From contig MU058781.1 in assembly GCA_013265495.1 (NCBI GenBank), positions 12,197,009-12,261,008 on the forward strand: a stretch of 64,000 nucleotides of DNA. Direction: 5' to 3'. This stretch comes from Vicugna vicugna. Taxonomy: Eukaryota. Numbering within the stretch: position 1 is the stretch's first letter; every line of letters starts with the position of its first letter. The notes beneath the pieces are model-generated. The model was not told where the DNA came from. It saw only the letters and a program-made list of their open reading frames with translations, and did no database searches. Below are positions 37,927 to 50,300 of this stretch, in pieces. A program made the translations under genes and the position numbers.

Positions 37927-39258
37927 TATACCACAACTTCTTTATCCAGTCATCTATCGATGGACATTAGGTTGCTTTCACATTTTGGTTATTGTAAATA
38001 GTGCTGCTATGAATATTAGGGTGCATGTATCTTTTCAAATTAGAGTTCCCTCTGGATATATGCCCAGGAGTGGGATTGCTGGATCATATGGTAAGTCTAT
38101 TTTTAGTTTTTTTGAGGAATCTCCATACTGTTTTCCATAATGGCTGCACCAAAACTACATTCCCACCAGCAGTGTAGGAGGGTTCCCTTTTCTCCACACC
38201 CTCTCCAGCATTTATTGTCTGTGGACTTTTGAACGATGGCCATTCTTACTGATGTGAGGGGTGTAGTTTTGATTTGCATTTTTCTGATAATTAGTGATAT
38301 TGAACATTTTTCTCATGTGCCTATTGGCCATTTGTATGTCTTCATTGGAGAACTGCTACTTTAGGTCTTCTGCCCATTTTTGGATTGGGTTGTTTGTTTT
38401 TTGCTGTCGTTGTTATTAAGTTATTAATGAGCTGTTTATATATTCTGGAAATTAAGCCCTTGTCAATCGCATCATTTGCAAATATTTTCCCTCATTTCGT
38501 AGGTTGTCATTTTGTTTTGCTTATCGTTTCCTTTGCTGTGCAAAAGCTTATAAGATTTATAAGGTCCCACTTGTTTATTTTTGCTTTTATTTCTATTGCC
38601 TGGGTAGACTGCCCTAGGAGAACATTGCTAAGATTTACGTCAGAGAATGTTTTGCCTATGTTTTCTTCTAGGAGGTTTATAGAGTCTTGTCTTATGTTTA
38701 AGTCTTTAAGCCATTTTGAGTTTATATTTGTGTATGGTGTGAGGGAATGTTCTACTTAGCGATAAAAAAGAATAAAATAATGTCATTTGCAGCAACATAG
38801 ATGGACCTGGAGATTGTCATTCTAAGTGAAGCAAGCCAGAAAGAGAAAGAAAAATATCATATGCTATCCCTCTTATGTGGAATCTAAAGAAAAGAAAAAA
38901 GAGAACACTAATAACTAATCTACAAAAGAACAGACTTGCAGACATAGTAAACAATCTTATGGTTACCAGGGTAAAGGGGGTGGTAAGGGATAAATTTGGC
39001 AGTTTGAGATTTGCAAATGTTAACCACTATATATAAAAATAGATAAAAAACAAATTTCTTCTGTGTAGTACAGGGAACTATATTCAACATCTTGTAATAA
39101 CCTTTAATGAAAAAGAATATGAAAATGAATACATGTATATATATGCATGACTGGGACATTATGCTGTACACCAGAAATTGATACATGGTAACTGACTATA
39201 CTTCAATAAAATATAAATAAAAATAAATAAATAAAATAAAAATAAGAATTGATAAAAG
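37927..39258. mobile_element. Young 5'-inverted (twin-primed) L1 inserted in an older + strand L1 (37750-37926 and 39259-39640)
   Basis: 37927-38754 is minus-strand ORF2 and 38752-39258 is plus-strand 3' UTR with an A-rich tail. TSD AAGTTGCAT(T/A)AAAAA. Confidence 0.85.
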
Positions 39259-40744
39259 AAGTTGCATAAAAAAGAATAAAATACTTAGGAATATATTTAA
39301 CAAAAGAAATGTAAGATTTATACTCTGAAAAATAAAAAACATTGTTGAAAGAAATTAAAGAAGATTTAAATGAGTGAAAAAGTCCAATGTTCATGGATTG
39401 GAAGACTTAATACTGTTAAACTGGCAAAACTCCTGAAACTGATCCACAGATTCAATGTAATGTCTGTTAGAATTCCCAGCTGATTTCTCTATGGAAATTG
39501 ACAAACTGATTCTAAAATTAATATAGATTTTCAAGGGACCCACAATAGCCAAAACAGTCTTGAAAAAGAAGAATAAAGTTGGAGAACTCACACTTCAAAG
39601 CTTTCTACAAAGCAACAGTAATCAAGATAGAGTGGTACTATTTTTGTTCTTTTTAGGATATGTTTGAGCTTATATGACTATCAGCTTAAAGTAAACAGAT
39701 ATAGTAATGGGTTAATATACTAGAAAAAACAGGGTAACCACAAGTTAAAAGCATACAATAGAGTCACAAAATCCAAAAAGAAACCAACTTTGAATTTAAA
39801 CTTTTAGCCCCAGCCTGATGGGAAGGTGGAAACAGCGACCAGGTAAACAAGAAAATTGAAGAAATTCTACGTAAACCATGTTTGAAAAATTACAAGCTCA
39901 GGGAGAATTGGTCCTAGCCAAAGAAAAGTAATTAGAAAAGTCAAATATGTTAGGCATTTTGGAAGGGAAAAGAAGGCAGATAAAGAATATAGCATGCTAA
40001 TGGAAAATGAGTATATTTTCAAAGAAGATTTAATTAAGAGTGTAAGCACAACCCAAACTTTAATATTCCCTAAACCTTCTGAATTACTAGAGGCAGGCAA
40101 GGGGGCAGGAGGAGGAGCTTTCTTAAGGGAATATAACATAAAATGACAGAAAAAAATGAAGTATACTTGTAATTATAATAAACACAATTGGATTATGCTC
40201 ATGGAACATAGACAACTCTGAGAGTGGGTAAAATCACTGAACCCAACTATCTACCCTTTGTAAGAAACATATACTAAATGAAATGACCCCCTCCACTGCT
40301 TTTCTTTTTCCTTATAATTAATTTGTTAAAGAATCTGAGTCTTTTGACTGTAAATATTTCCAAGGTTTGGAGTTGCTGATGATACTCTTAGGATTTAGTT
40401 TAACCTATTCTCTGTATTTGTTACCAAACAGTAGCTATATGCAGAGGCTTAATCACATTCAGTTTGATTTTCTTAGCAAGACCTTGGTGGCGGTGTGTTC
40501 TTTCATCAGGATGCACACAGTGTCTCTACGTGTTTTTGTGATGTTAACAGCTGTGGATGTACACAATGTCTGCATCTCTTAATTCACGGGGGTTTGCAAA
40601 ATGGGGATGTTTCACATCTATCAATTCTTATTTATGTATTAGCTGAACTAATTCTATAGAGAGACATTTCTCCTACTGTTTATTTACCACTGATAGAGTT
40701 TGGAGAAGAAAGGCACAACATCAGATTTTCCTTTGAACCCTTTG

Positions 40745-41255
40745 TCTCCATCATTCACTTGAAAACCATTCTAGTCAGGATCACCTTTAAGGTAACTCTT
40801 GCCAAACCCATCAGTAAATTCTCAGACCTTATGTGATTTTACCCCTTGATAATATTTGCCACAGGTACTCATTCCCATCTTTTACACTTTTCTTCTGAGA
40901 TACCACTGTTCTTCCCACTTCACCAAAGGCCCTTCCCAGTTTCCCTTGCAACCTTCCCCTTTTCTTCCTCACTTTTAAACGTTAAAGAGGCCTAGACTCA
41001 CAACTTTATACCTCTAGCCCCAATAGCTCCCCAGAAGTCTAGAGCAGTGCATCTGCTGGGCTGCATGCCAATCTCTATCAGGATGTCAAATAGTTTCAGA
41101 CTTTATATGGTCCCCTCTTCTGCCCCAAACCTGCACCCCTTATTTTTTCCCATCTCAGTCAGCAGCACCACAGTTTGCTCAGGGGCCACCTTCAATTCCT
41201 CTCTCTCCTGTATCCCCAGTTTCAAAATCTGTCTTTAATCTGACCACTTCTTACC
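40745..41255 (+). mobile_element. L2 fragment abutting the SLC17A1 stop exon
   Basis: GTCAGGATCACC...TTGCCAAACCCATCAGTAAATTCTCAG and TTCAAAATCTGTCTTTAATCTGACCACTTCTTACC resemble the L2 consensus. Confidence 0.7.
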
Positions 41256-41256
41256 T

Positions 41257-41391
41257 TCAGAGATACGTGGTTTGTCTTTCTTTAGCCCAGTCCTGAATTT
41301 CTGCTTTAGCGAATATAATGTAGAAAATTAGGCTTATCACATTAAGGGATGACATCAGCAAGAAGATTTTAAGCCAGGAAGATTCTGAAGC
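41257..41391 (-). CDS. SLC17A1: SLC17A1 last coding exon (ASESSWLK...[11 protein letters not shown])
   Basis: CCTCAG| acceptor; TGA at 41259-41257 followed by AG|GTAAG; 135 nt. Confidence 0.92.
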   Translation of the reverse strand, partial: ASESSWLKIFLLMSSLNVISLIFYIIFAKAEIQDWAKERQTTYL

Positions 41392-44300
41392 CTGAGGAAT
41401 TAAAGTGCAAAGTAATTATAAGTTATTGGTCTTGTTGTTGTGTTTTGTAGCATTTAAAATATAATATTAAAATTAATACAGCCTCAATGCAGTTCACTTA
41501 TACATTCTCATAAGGAACAAAAGATGTCATAATTTCACTTTACAAAGATAATCACTATTTGTCTTTCTACATTTTTATCTATGCCTATATACATATAACT
41601 TTTCATGTATAAAAATGACATTATATATACACAGTATTAAAGCCAAGAATGCATATGGTTTTTCATTTGGAAACATCTCATAAACATGTTTGCATATTAG
41701 GAAATATATGACTGTATCATAACCATTACTGATTAGCAATCCAGAACTTAGATTTATAAAATTTATAAAAGCACCCCTTGTTTCTTTATATTTAAGCCGG
41801 GTTTCACTTTTTTTGCTGCTACAAATTTGAATACCTTGGTGGTTAATTACATACACAGCAATGCTTTGGAATAAAATTTATCAAATACCTTCTCCTTATT
41901 TATGAAAATGGTTGACACATTTTCTTTTTCAGCCTATTAATATGATCAATTTCATTAATAGACTTCTATTAATAAATAGAGCCATTTTTACTTTCATAGA
42001 AAATGGTCTACACAATCCTGATGTCATATATATTTTAAGATGTTGGTGGATTCTATGCACAGGTAATGTATTTTCTGCATCCACAGTCAAAGGTGAAATT
42101 TCTGTTATGTTTCAGATTTGCTTTACCATTTTGCCCTGTACCTTTTAATCAGCTGAGGTTAAGTTTTATGTAATTAAATGTGTAAGGCATCGTGATTGGG
42201 GTTTTGGTTTCTGGGTCATGCTTTTGAAGGATGTCCTGCTTAAAGTTCAAATAATTATTAACTTCTATTTTACTTTAGTATAGTTATTGTTTCCTTTCTT
42301 CATTTACATTATAATCATCTAGAATTAACTTGGGGGTAAATATGAGAACATACTGTAACTGTATTTTTCTACAAGTGGTTTGCTACTATGTTTTAAAAAA
42401 AAATCCATCCTTTCTGGTTTGAAGTGAAACTTTATTATACAAAATGCATTTTTTTTTCAGAACTTGACCAAATCATCTTCAGTTTCATTTAAAACATAAT
42501 TAAGAGTAGACATTGAAAAAATAAAACTGTATTTTTCCTGCCAAATTAGACATTAAATATATTTAATTATAGTGATTTCTATAATTAAAACATGCCAAAT
42601 TTGACAGGTAATAGGCAAAAAGAAAGTGAAGGGAAAAAAATCAAGATGTGCTTAGAAATTTAATGATAAATAATAAAGCCTGTGATAATTTTAATAGAAA
42701 TTCATTGTGATTTGGAATTGAAGTCTCCTAGAAACTTAATATTCCTCTCTTTTCTCATATTTTCACTGATGTTGCTCAATAAGTGCACAGTTTTCTTCAT
42801 ATGGACTTTGCACAGTTTTCAAAATACCCATAGGTATTTTGCAATATTGGTAGATATGATGCTTTAGATTTTTCCACAGCATGCTACCTAACTTTGGGGT
42901 TATTTCCCCCCTAGGAAGACAATCACATTCTCTGTACATAACATTTTTCTTCTGCATTTACATTGTATATTCTTGACAGTTGTGTTTGCTAACCTCTTTC
43001 AGAATGCTAAACAATAGGATAGAAAACATAGTTCTATTTTTCCTGATTTAAAAGGATATAAGAATAAAAATACTAATAGCTGTTATGCATTGAACACAAA
43101 CATCTGACACTCATATGCATTATCTAATTTGATAATTGCCTTAGCCCCATTCTGTGTCATCTTAGCCAGCTGGAGACACTGAGGCTTAAATTAAGAAATG
43201 TTTCTGATAACACAGCTTGTAAGTAGCTGAGTTAAGAGTTGAACAAGATAGTTTTGCCAGAGAAATGCATACTGTAAGCCCCTAAGTAGCCGATTCTCAT
43301 TGTATCTAGTACTTTTACTTAAAGGAAACTTTTTTTTCCTGACAATATAATAATACTATCTTTCTTTGGTTAATGTTTACTTCATTTTTTATGCTGTCCT
43401 TACAACTTTAAATGTTTCCATGTCTTTATTTTAGGTATGTATTTTATATATAAATAGCACATGAATGGCTTTTGTTTTTAAACCAGTCTTACAAACTTTG
43501 TCCTTTAACTGCAGTTTAGTCTATCTATATTTATTGTGATCTCTGGTATGTTTGGATTTATTGCTACCATCTCTCTTCATGCTTTCAATTTGTCCTATTT
43601 TCTACCTTTATGCCTACCCCCTACCCCCCCATCCCATGTCTTACCCTTCTTTCACATTGAGGGATTTTTACTTTTGCTTTTTTTTAATTCCATGTCTTCC
43701 TCTCTCTCCTGATTTGAGACACACTCTATATCTATTTTTAATGGTTACACTTACTTGTTATTTTAACACACATACCAAAAAATTTAATACTAATCTTTAT
43801 ATTTAAAAAAAAATTACAGGGTCCAGGAGGCGGAGAACCAGGGAGTTGTTGTTCAGTGGGTATAGAGCTTCAGTCATGCAGGAGGACAAAGTTCTAAAGA
43901 TCTATTATACAACAATGTGCATGTAGTTAACAATACTACCTACACAATATTGTAAGGTACACTTAAAATTGTTAAGAGAGTACATTTTCGTTATTTTTTT
44001 GACCACAATAAAAAGAAAAATTTTTTTAAATAAAGTTGAAGAATTCTATAGTCTCTGAATTCATTTTTTAAAAAAGGATACTTTGATGCATTTTTAAAAA
44101 AGAATACTTGGATTTGCCATCAGTCTCTCCCAGATTACGTACACTATTTTTTCTTATACTTTAGCTCTATTTTGTTCTTATTTATAAGTCTACATGTTGT
44201 ATTAGTAACAGCATTTTATAAAGTCAGGAATTTAAAAAAATTTCTCCATTATGATCTTGCATATTTTTGGTTGCATTAATTCCAAGATACTTATAACTTT

Positions 44301-47300
44301 TGTTACTACTGTGAATAGTATCTCATTTAATTTCTGGTGTCTATAAATGCTATTATTTAAGTATGTTGATTTTGTTTTGAGCAAACTTACTAAGCTCTAT
44401 TCTTATTTACTTTATATATTTTTAATTTTTTATTGATTTTGTTGGTTTTCCTAAGTAAATAATTATAGAAGCATTGGGAAATTGAAGCTTTATTTTAGTC
44501 TTCCTGACTCTTAAATCTCTTTTTATTTCCGTTTAAAACAGTATCCAGGAGCGCCAGTACAATGTTAAAAAGTTGATAAATAGTTGTAGATATGAGCGTC
44601 CTTTTCTCATTTGTCACCTTAAAGGGACTACATCTCAAGTTTCTTAATTGTGCAAAAATAATCTATGTATTTTGGTACATAAAAATTTACAAATTAAGGA
44701 AGTTCCATCCCCTCCCTGGTTGCTAATAGGATTAAAAAAAATCATACGTAGCTATTGGAATGTTCTGCACCAGTTGAGATAATCATATAAGTTTTGTTTT
44801 TCCCCATTGATCTCATGTGATGAGTTACACTGGCAAACTTTCTTATGTTAAACCATATTTTCCTTACCAAGATAAAATCTATCTTGTCATAATGCATTGT
44901 TTTTTCATATATGTTTGGCTTTGGCTAAAAATAATTTCTTTAGGACTTTTGCATCTAAGTTCATAAGTAATACAGACCTAAAATTTTCTTTTCTTCCATT
45001 GTTATTATCTAATTCTGCTGATTCTGGAATTAAGATTATACTAGCCTCAATTTCTTTCAGAATTTTTTTTTAAACTTTTGGCATAAATAGTATAGGATAG
45101 GGTAAAATTGTTCATGGAAAATTTGGTATAACAGCTGGAACGCAAACTAGGCCTGAGTTAGTCTTTTGGGAGATAGGGAGATGTTTGAATACTATTTCAG
45201 TGTCTTTAATTTTTATTGGTCCATTCAAGGTCTTTATTTTTTTTGAGCAATTTTGGTAAATTCTATATTTTTAGGAACGCATTCAGCCAATTTTTTGGCA
45301 TAGGGTTGTTCTGAATATCCTTAGCTTTTAATCTATGTCATCTTTGAAAAACTTTCTTTCTCATTTAGTATTTTCTTTATTTGAATCTTCTCTCTTTTAT
45401 CTTGTTCCAGAAAGTCTATCTGTCCTATTAATATTTTCAAATGACCAGTTTTAGGTTTTGTGTACCTTCAGTACTATTTTATTAACTATGGAATTGATTT
45501 CTACTTTTACTCTTATTATATTAATCCTTATTCTTTGGGTTTGCATTTTTTCCCAATTTCTGGAGTTGAATACCTAGCATATTTAGTTTTAGATGTTTTT
45601 TCTTGTCTTTTATAAAAAAACTTAAGACTATAAATTACACTTAGTGTCCAATATATTTGCCCATGTAACAATTTCATTGTCATCTAGTTTTAAGTATTAG
45701 TGAATTCCCTTACGATATTCTCTTAAACCTAATAATTTGTTATTACGGTGTTTAGTTTATAAACATATGCAATCATTTTAGATACCCTGTTGCTATTAAT
45801 TTCTGATGCTATTGTACTTTGGCATGGAACATAGTCTAGAATATTGAACTTTTGGAATCTAATTTTTTGTTTGTTTTCAGTGGGAGAACTGAGCCAAACC
45901 ACTGAACTTGTCAACATAAGCAGCTGAAAATCTGAAATGTATTTATTTTCAAAATATGCGTGGATTTTTCTAATTATCTTTTTTTGTCTCTGATTTCTGT
46001 CATATTTTAATTATAATTGGAGGATATATTATGTGTAATTCCAGTCCTGTTACAATTGCTAAAATTCACTTAGTGACACAGTATGTAGTCAGTTTTTGTG
46101 AATGTTCCAGGCAACCTTGAAAGGAATAAGGATTCTGTGGTTGTTGAGTGGGATGTTCTATATATGTCAAGAATATTAACTGTGTTGTTCAACAGTTTTA
46201 TATTTCAATAGGTTTTTTTCTCTTTGCTGCAACAATTATTAGAAATAGTTATCTTTCACCATAACTATGCTTTTGTCCTTGGTTCCAGCAGTTCTGTTAT
46301 TATTATGTAAGATGATACTGTATTTTATGTGTATACAAATTTATAATTGTCATCTCTTCCTATCGAATTGAATCATGCATCTTTATGAAGGGGCTATCCT
46401 CATCTCCACATCTCATTTGTGCCTTAATGTCTCCCTTGAGCTACAGCAGCTTTCATTTTGTTAATAGCTTTATGATGGGTTGGCTCTGAGGATCTGATCC
46501 TGTGGGTTTTATTCTCCTCTCACATGCCACATTATTTCAATTTTTGGCTTATGGCATTTGGAGCCAACAGAGTTTGAATTTGGGCCATAGACTCTTGTGA
46601 AAATTGGCTTATTGTTTCATATGGTCAGTAGAGTCTTTATTCAATTTCTTCTTTCCCTTTGTAGCTGAAGCTGAGAAAGGCAAGTTTCCTCACTGGACAG
46701 AGATAACTTCAGACAGTTCTGGAGCCACGTTTCGGGGGAGTCAGCTCAGCAGGTCTGACTGAGTTCAGTGGAAGGACAGGCTGAGTGGGCTCCATGCTCA
46801 GAGGAGAAAACACATTCTTGTTTCCTACAGTTCTCCTTTTCAAGTGACGCTACCTCTCTGATCAGAGAGCTTCTGTGGTTGTAGTGATGTTTCTGGCCTT
46901 TCTGATACGATAAGTCCAAAGCACATGATGGTGGAGGGTTCTTCTCTATGGGAAATATGGCCATGGTGAATGCAAATTATCTCTCCTTGGCTAAAGTCAC
47001 GGGATAAGGAGCATTTGGAGGAACTGCCTGCACACTGCTACTTCTCAGCTTCTAGGTTTTCCTACAAAGAAACCCAAGTTTATATATGAGTTACATGGTA
47101 GTAGTGGTGTGTGGTTGTAGTCCTTAGGGATTACAGATTTATACCAGTATTTTCATTCTGACTCTTCTTTTATAAGTGGTTTTGGGATATTACCTCTTAC
47201 CCTCTGTTCGTCCACTGCATCTGAAGCTATAGACCACCCAGGATGGGCAATTTCTCCAAGGCAGCCAGTGGCTTTGATGGTCATTTACCTCTCTGGAATC

Positions 47301-50300
47301 AAGCTCTTCCTTCATTTTCCACCTCTGAACATTCCCCTTACTTTTTTTTTTTCCAAGATAAGCATGCATTTAACATGATTGTTAAAATTTGATAAGGTAT
47401 TTAAACTTGTCTGAAAACATATTATTAGATCTGGGACCACAGAATTTATCAAATTATGTTGGCAAAGATTGCACAGTCATTTGTATATAGTGTGTTGGAG
47501 AAAGCATGTTCAGATGTATTGGAACAGAGACATCATAACAACAATCCTGGCCAAAGACAAACCAATCTAACAAATAATAATGAAACTTAGTATTAATGGT
47601 TAATGAGTAAATTGCCTGTGGCTTAAGAAGAAAAGCCAGAACAAATGTGATGGCTGAGAAATGTGGACATGTTTCCAATTACCACCTGGGTAACCATCTT
47701 GGTTTTGCCTCCACTAGGCAAGCAGCTTTGGGAACTGCGGTTTCTTTACATGATACTACCAATTTACACAATATTCCTTTAGAATCATCCACATATTTAT
47801 TATTTCTGTTGCTTCTTTTCCTTTCTGCATCTCCAAGCTACCATATGGGATAATTTTATTTCTCCCTAAAAAAACTAACTTTTGTTTTTCTCTCAGTGCT
47901 AGTCTACTTTTGCTGGATTCTCTGTTTTTGTGTGAAAGTGGATGAACTTAAACTTAATTTTTGATGATGAATTTTTTGATAGATTATAGAATTCTAGACT
48001 AGTATTTATTTTCCTTTAGCACCAAATAAGGCATTCTAAGTATTCTTAGGAGGAGAATTTCAGATAACCTTGTCCATAGAAACAGAAGTCGGCCTTTATA
48101 GAATTGTATTTTTTAGTCATTTTTAAAATCTATTTGTTCCTGATTGGTCATTCCTTTCCTAACAAAACTGTATCTTGTAACTTATATTACCACTGGTCCA
48201 GTCAATGACCTGTTTTGATCAAGGCACACATTCATTGTTAAAAAATCACAGAGGTCCACTTTTGTTTCAATAATCAATGATTAAAGAGTTACCAGTACAA
48301 TTAATTGACATACAACAAGAAAGAAATTGTATTATCTGTAAGTTTGGAGGAAATGCCTGATTTGACCAAGCTTAATGTGACACAAAAACTCATAACTCAC
48401 CTCTTGCCAATGTCTTCACTGCATTTTTTTGGTCTGAATTATCCTCTTTCTCTGTACAATTAATATTAGAAAAATAACTACCCATGTCTGGATGTTCCTT
48501 ACCTGACTAAGAATCATTCCAGTCAGAGTGGTAGAAATTAGTGCTCCTGTCATTCCAACTAAATTTGTAACTCCTTTAAGAAATCCATAGTATCTATAAA
48601 AAATGAATGATAACACACAGATGCAAAGTAATACAAATGCTGCAGGAAAAACCTAGTGAAATGAGGTTTAAGAGAGGTTTGATTTGCTTTCCTAAATTTC
48701 CCTTTCCCCCTACTCAAATTCCATTAAAATGTCTGAAAAAACATATGGATATAAGTAAATTTCTGGTTGCACCACAGAGTCAGAAAGGTTGGCTTTAGCA
48801 GTAAAGAATATCAATATATTGAGAAAATGAGATCATATTAGAGTGAAAGCCAGCAGAGTTAGAAAATCTATGAATACAGTTGAGAAGTTCCAAAGGTGAT
48901 GTGTATTGATAATAGGAACTAGTTTGGGATTAACACAAAATTGAAGGACTCTGTTCACCTGGTCTATTCTCACAGTCCCAGAACTACTGGCCCCAGTGAT
49001 TTCTCCCATTATTCAGGCAAGGAAATCAGAAACTTGTTTACAAGCCACTGTGACTGGCCAGTCCTGAGTGCCAAAACCAACCTCAGCAGAAGGTAAGCTA
49101 CAAAAGTAGGGAAGCCACATAGAATAATAGATAAAGTATGGGTCAAATCCATCAGCTGTAAAGAACAAGGAAGTGCATTTTGGGGAGCAGAATCCCGTGT
49201 CTGATCAAGAAATTATTTCTCTCCAGGACAGGGAGTCTTTGCCTTTCCTGCCCAACAGATTTCACCATTAAAGGTCCTGTGTTTTTACCTTTTCCCTTTT
49301 ATGAGAGTGGCGGCTTTCTGTTTGTTTTGTTACGTCTTTTATTTCTTTGGGTCTTCCATTCTTACTCTGCCTTTACATGCTGAATATGGGAGAGAGTATA
49401 TAGCTTGTTTACTAGTCTATGAGTCTCTAGTCTGAGAAGCATCACATCTGGACCTATAGTCCCTGGATTGTGGAGCTGTATGCAGTCACCAGGTAGAAAT
49501 TTGAGTTGGCTCGTTTTGTGGAGCTGAAGAGTGTCTTTTTAAAAAAATTATTATTTTTTAAAAATTTTTTTATGGCCATAGGCTCCTTTTTTTTTAACAA
49601 TGTTGTGTCAAATTCCACTGTAGAGCACAATTTTTCAGTTATACATGAATATACATATATTCATTGTCACTTTTTTTTTCGCTGTGAGCTACCACAACAT
49701 CTTGTATATATTTCCCTGTGCTATACAGTATAATCTTGTTTATCTATTCCACATTTTGAAAACCCAGTCTGTCCCTTCCCACCCCCCACCCTCTTGGCAA
49801 CCACAAGTTTGTATTCTATGTCCGATCCGTGAGTCTTGTTTTGTATTTATGTTCTTTTTTTAGATTCCACATATGAGCAATCTCATATGGTATTTTTCTT
49901 TCTCTTTCTGGCTTACTTCACTTAGAATGACATGAAGAGTGTCTTTTAATGTGTGAAGAAGAACATTTATGCTTATAAGCAGCCACAGGTGCAGACTGGG
50001 GCAGAAACTGTCAATTGTCCCCAGTAATTATTGTTGCCCTTTTCATTTTAGCAATAGAATTCCTGGGATTTTGGTGAGAACATGGCTACTTATAACTTTG
50101 TGAGCCCTTGTCATTTTGCCTTCATAAACCCCTTCCCCTATAAAAAAATTTTTTAATTTTATTTTATGACTGTGTGTATTGAGGAACTTTTCATTTAAAT
50201 TGTCAGATTTATTGGAATGAAGTTGTTTATAATATTCTGTTATTTTCTTTATTATGAGCTAAGACTTACCACAATGCACTTTTTCCATTGCTTATACTGA

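Noticed and set aside
46630..47000. Acceptor-like TTCTTTCCCTTTGTAG on + and AATAAA on - in a GC-richer intronic patch
   Set aside because: No SLC17 homology or convincing exon partner. It cannot be told apart from an old LTR or chance without transcript data.
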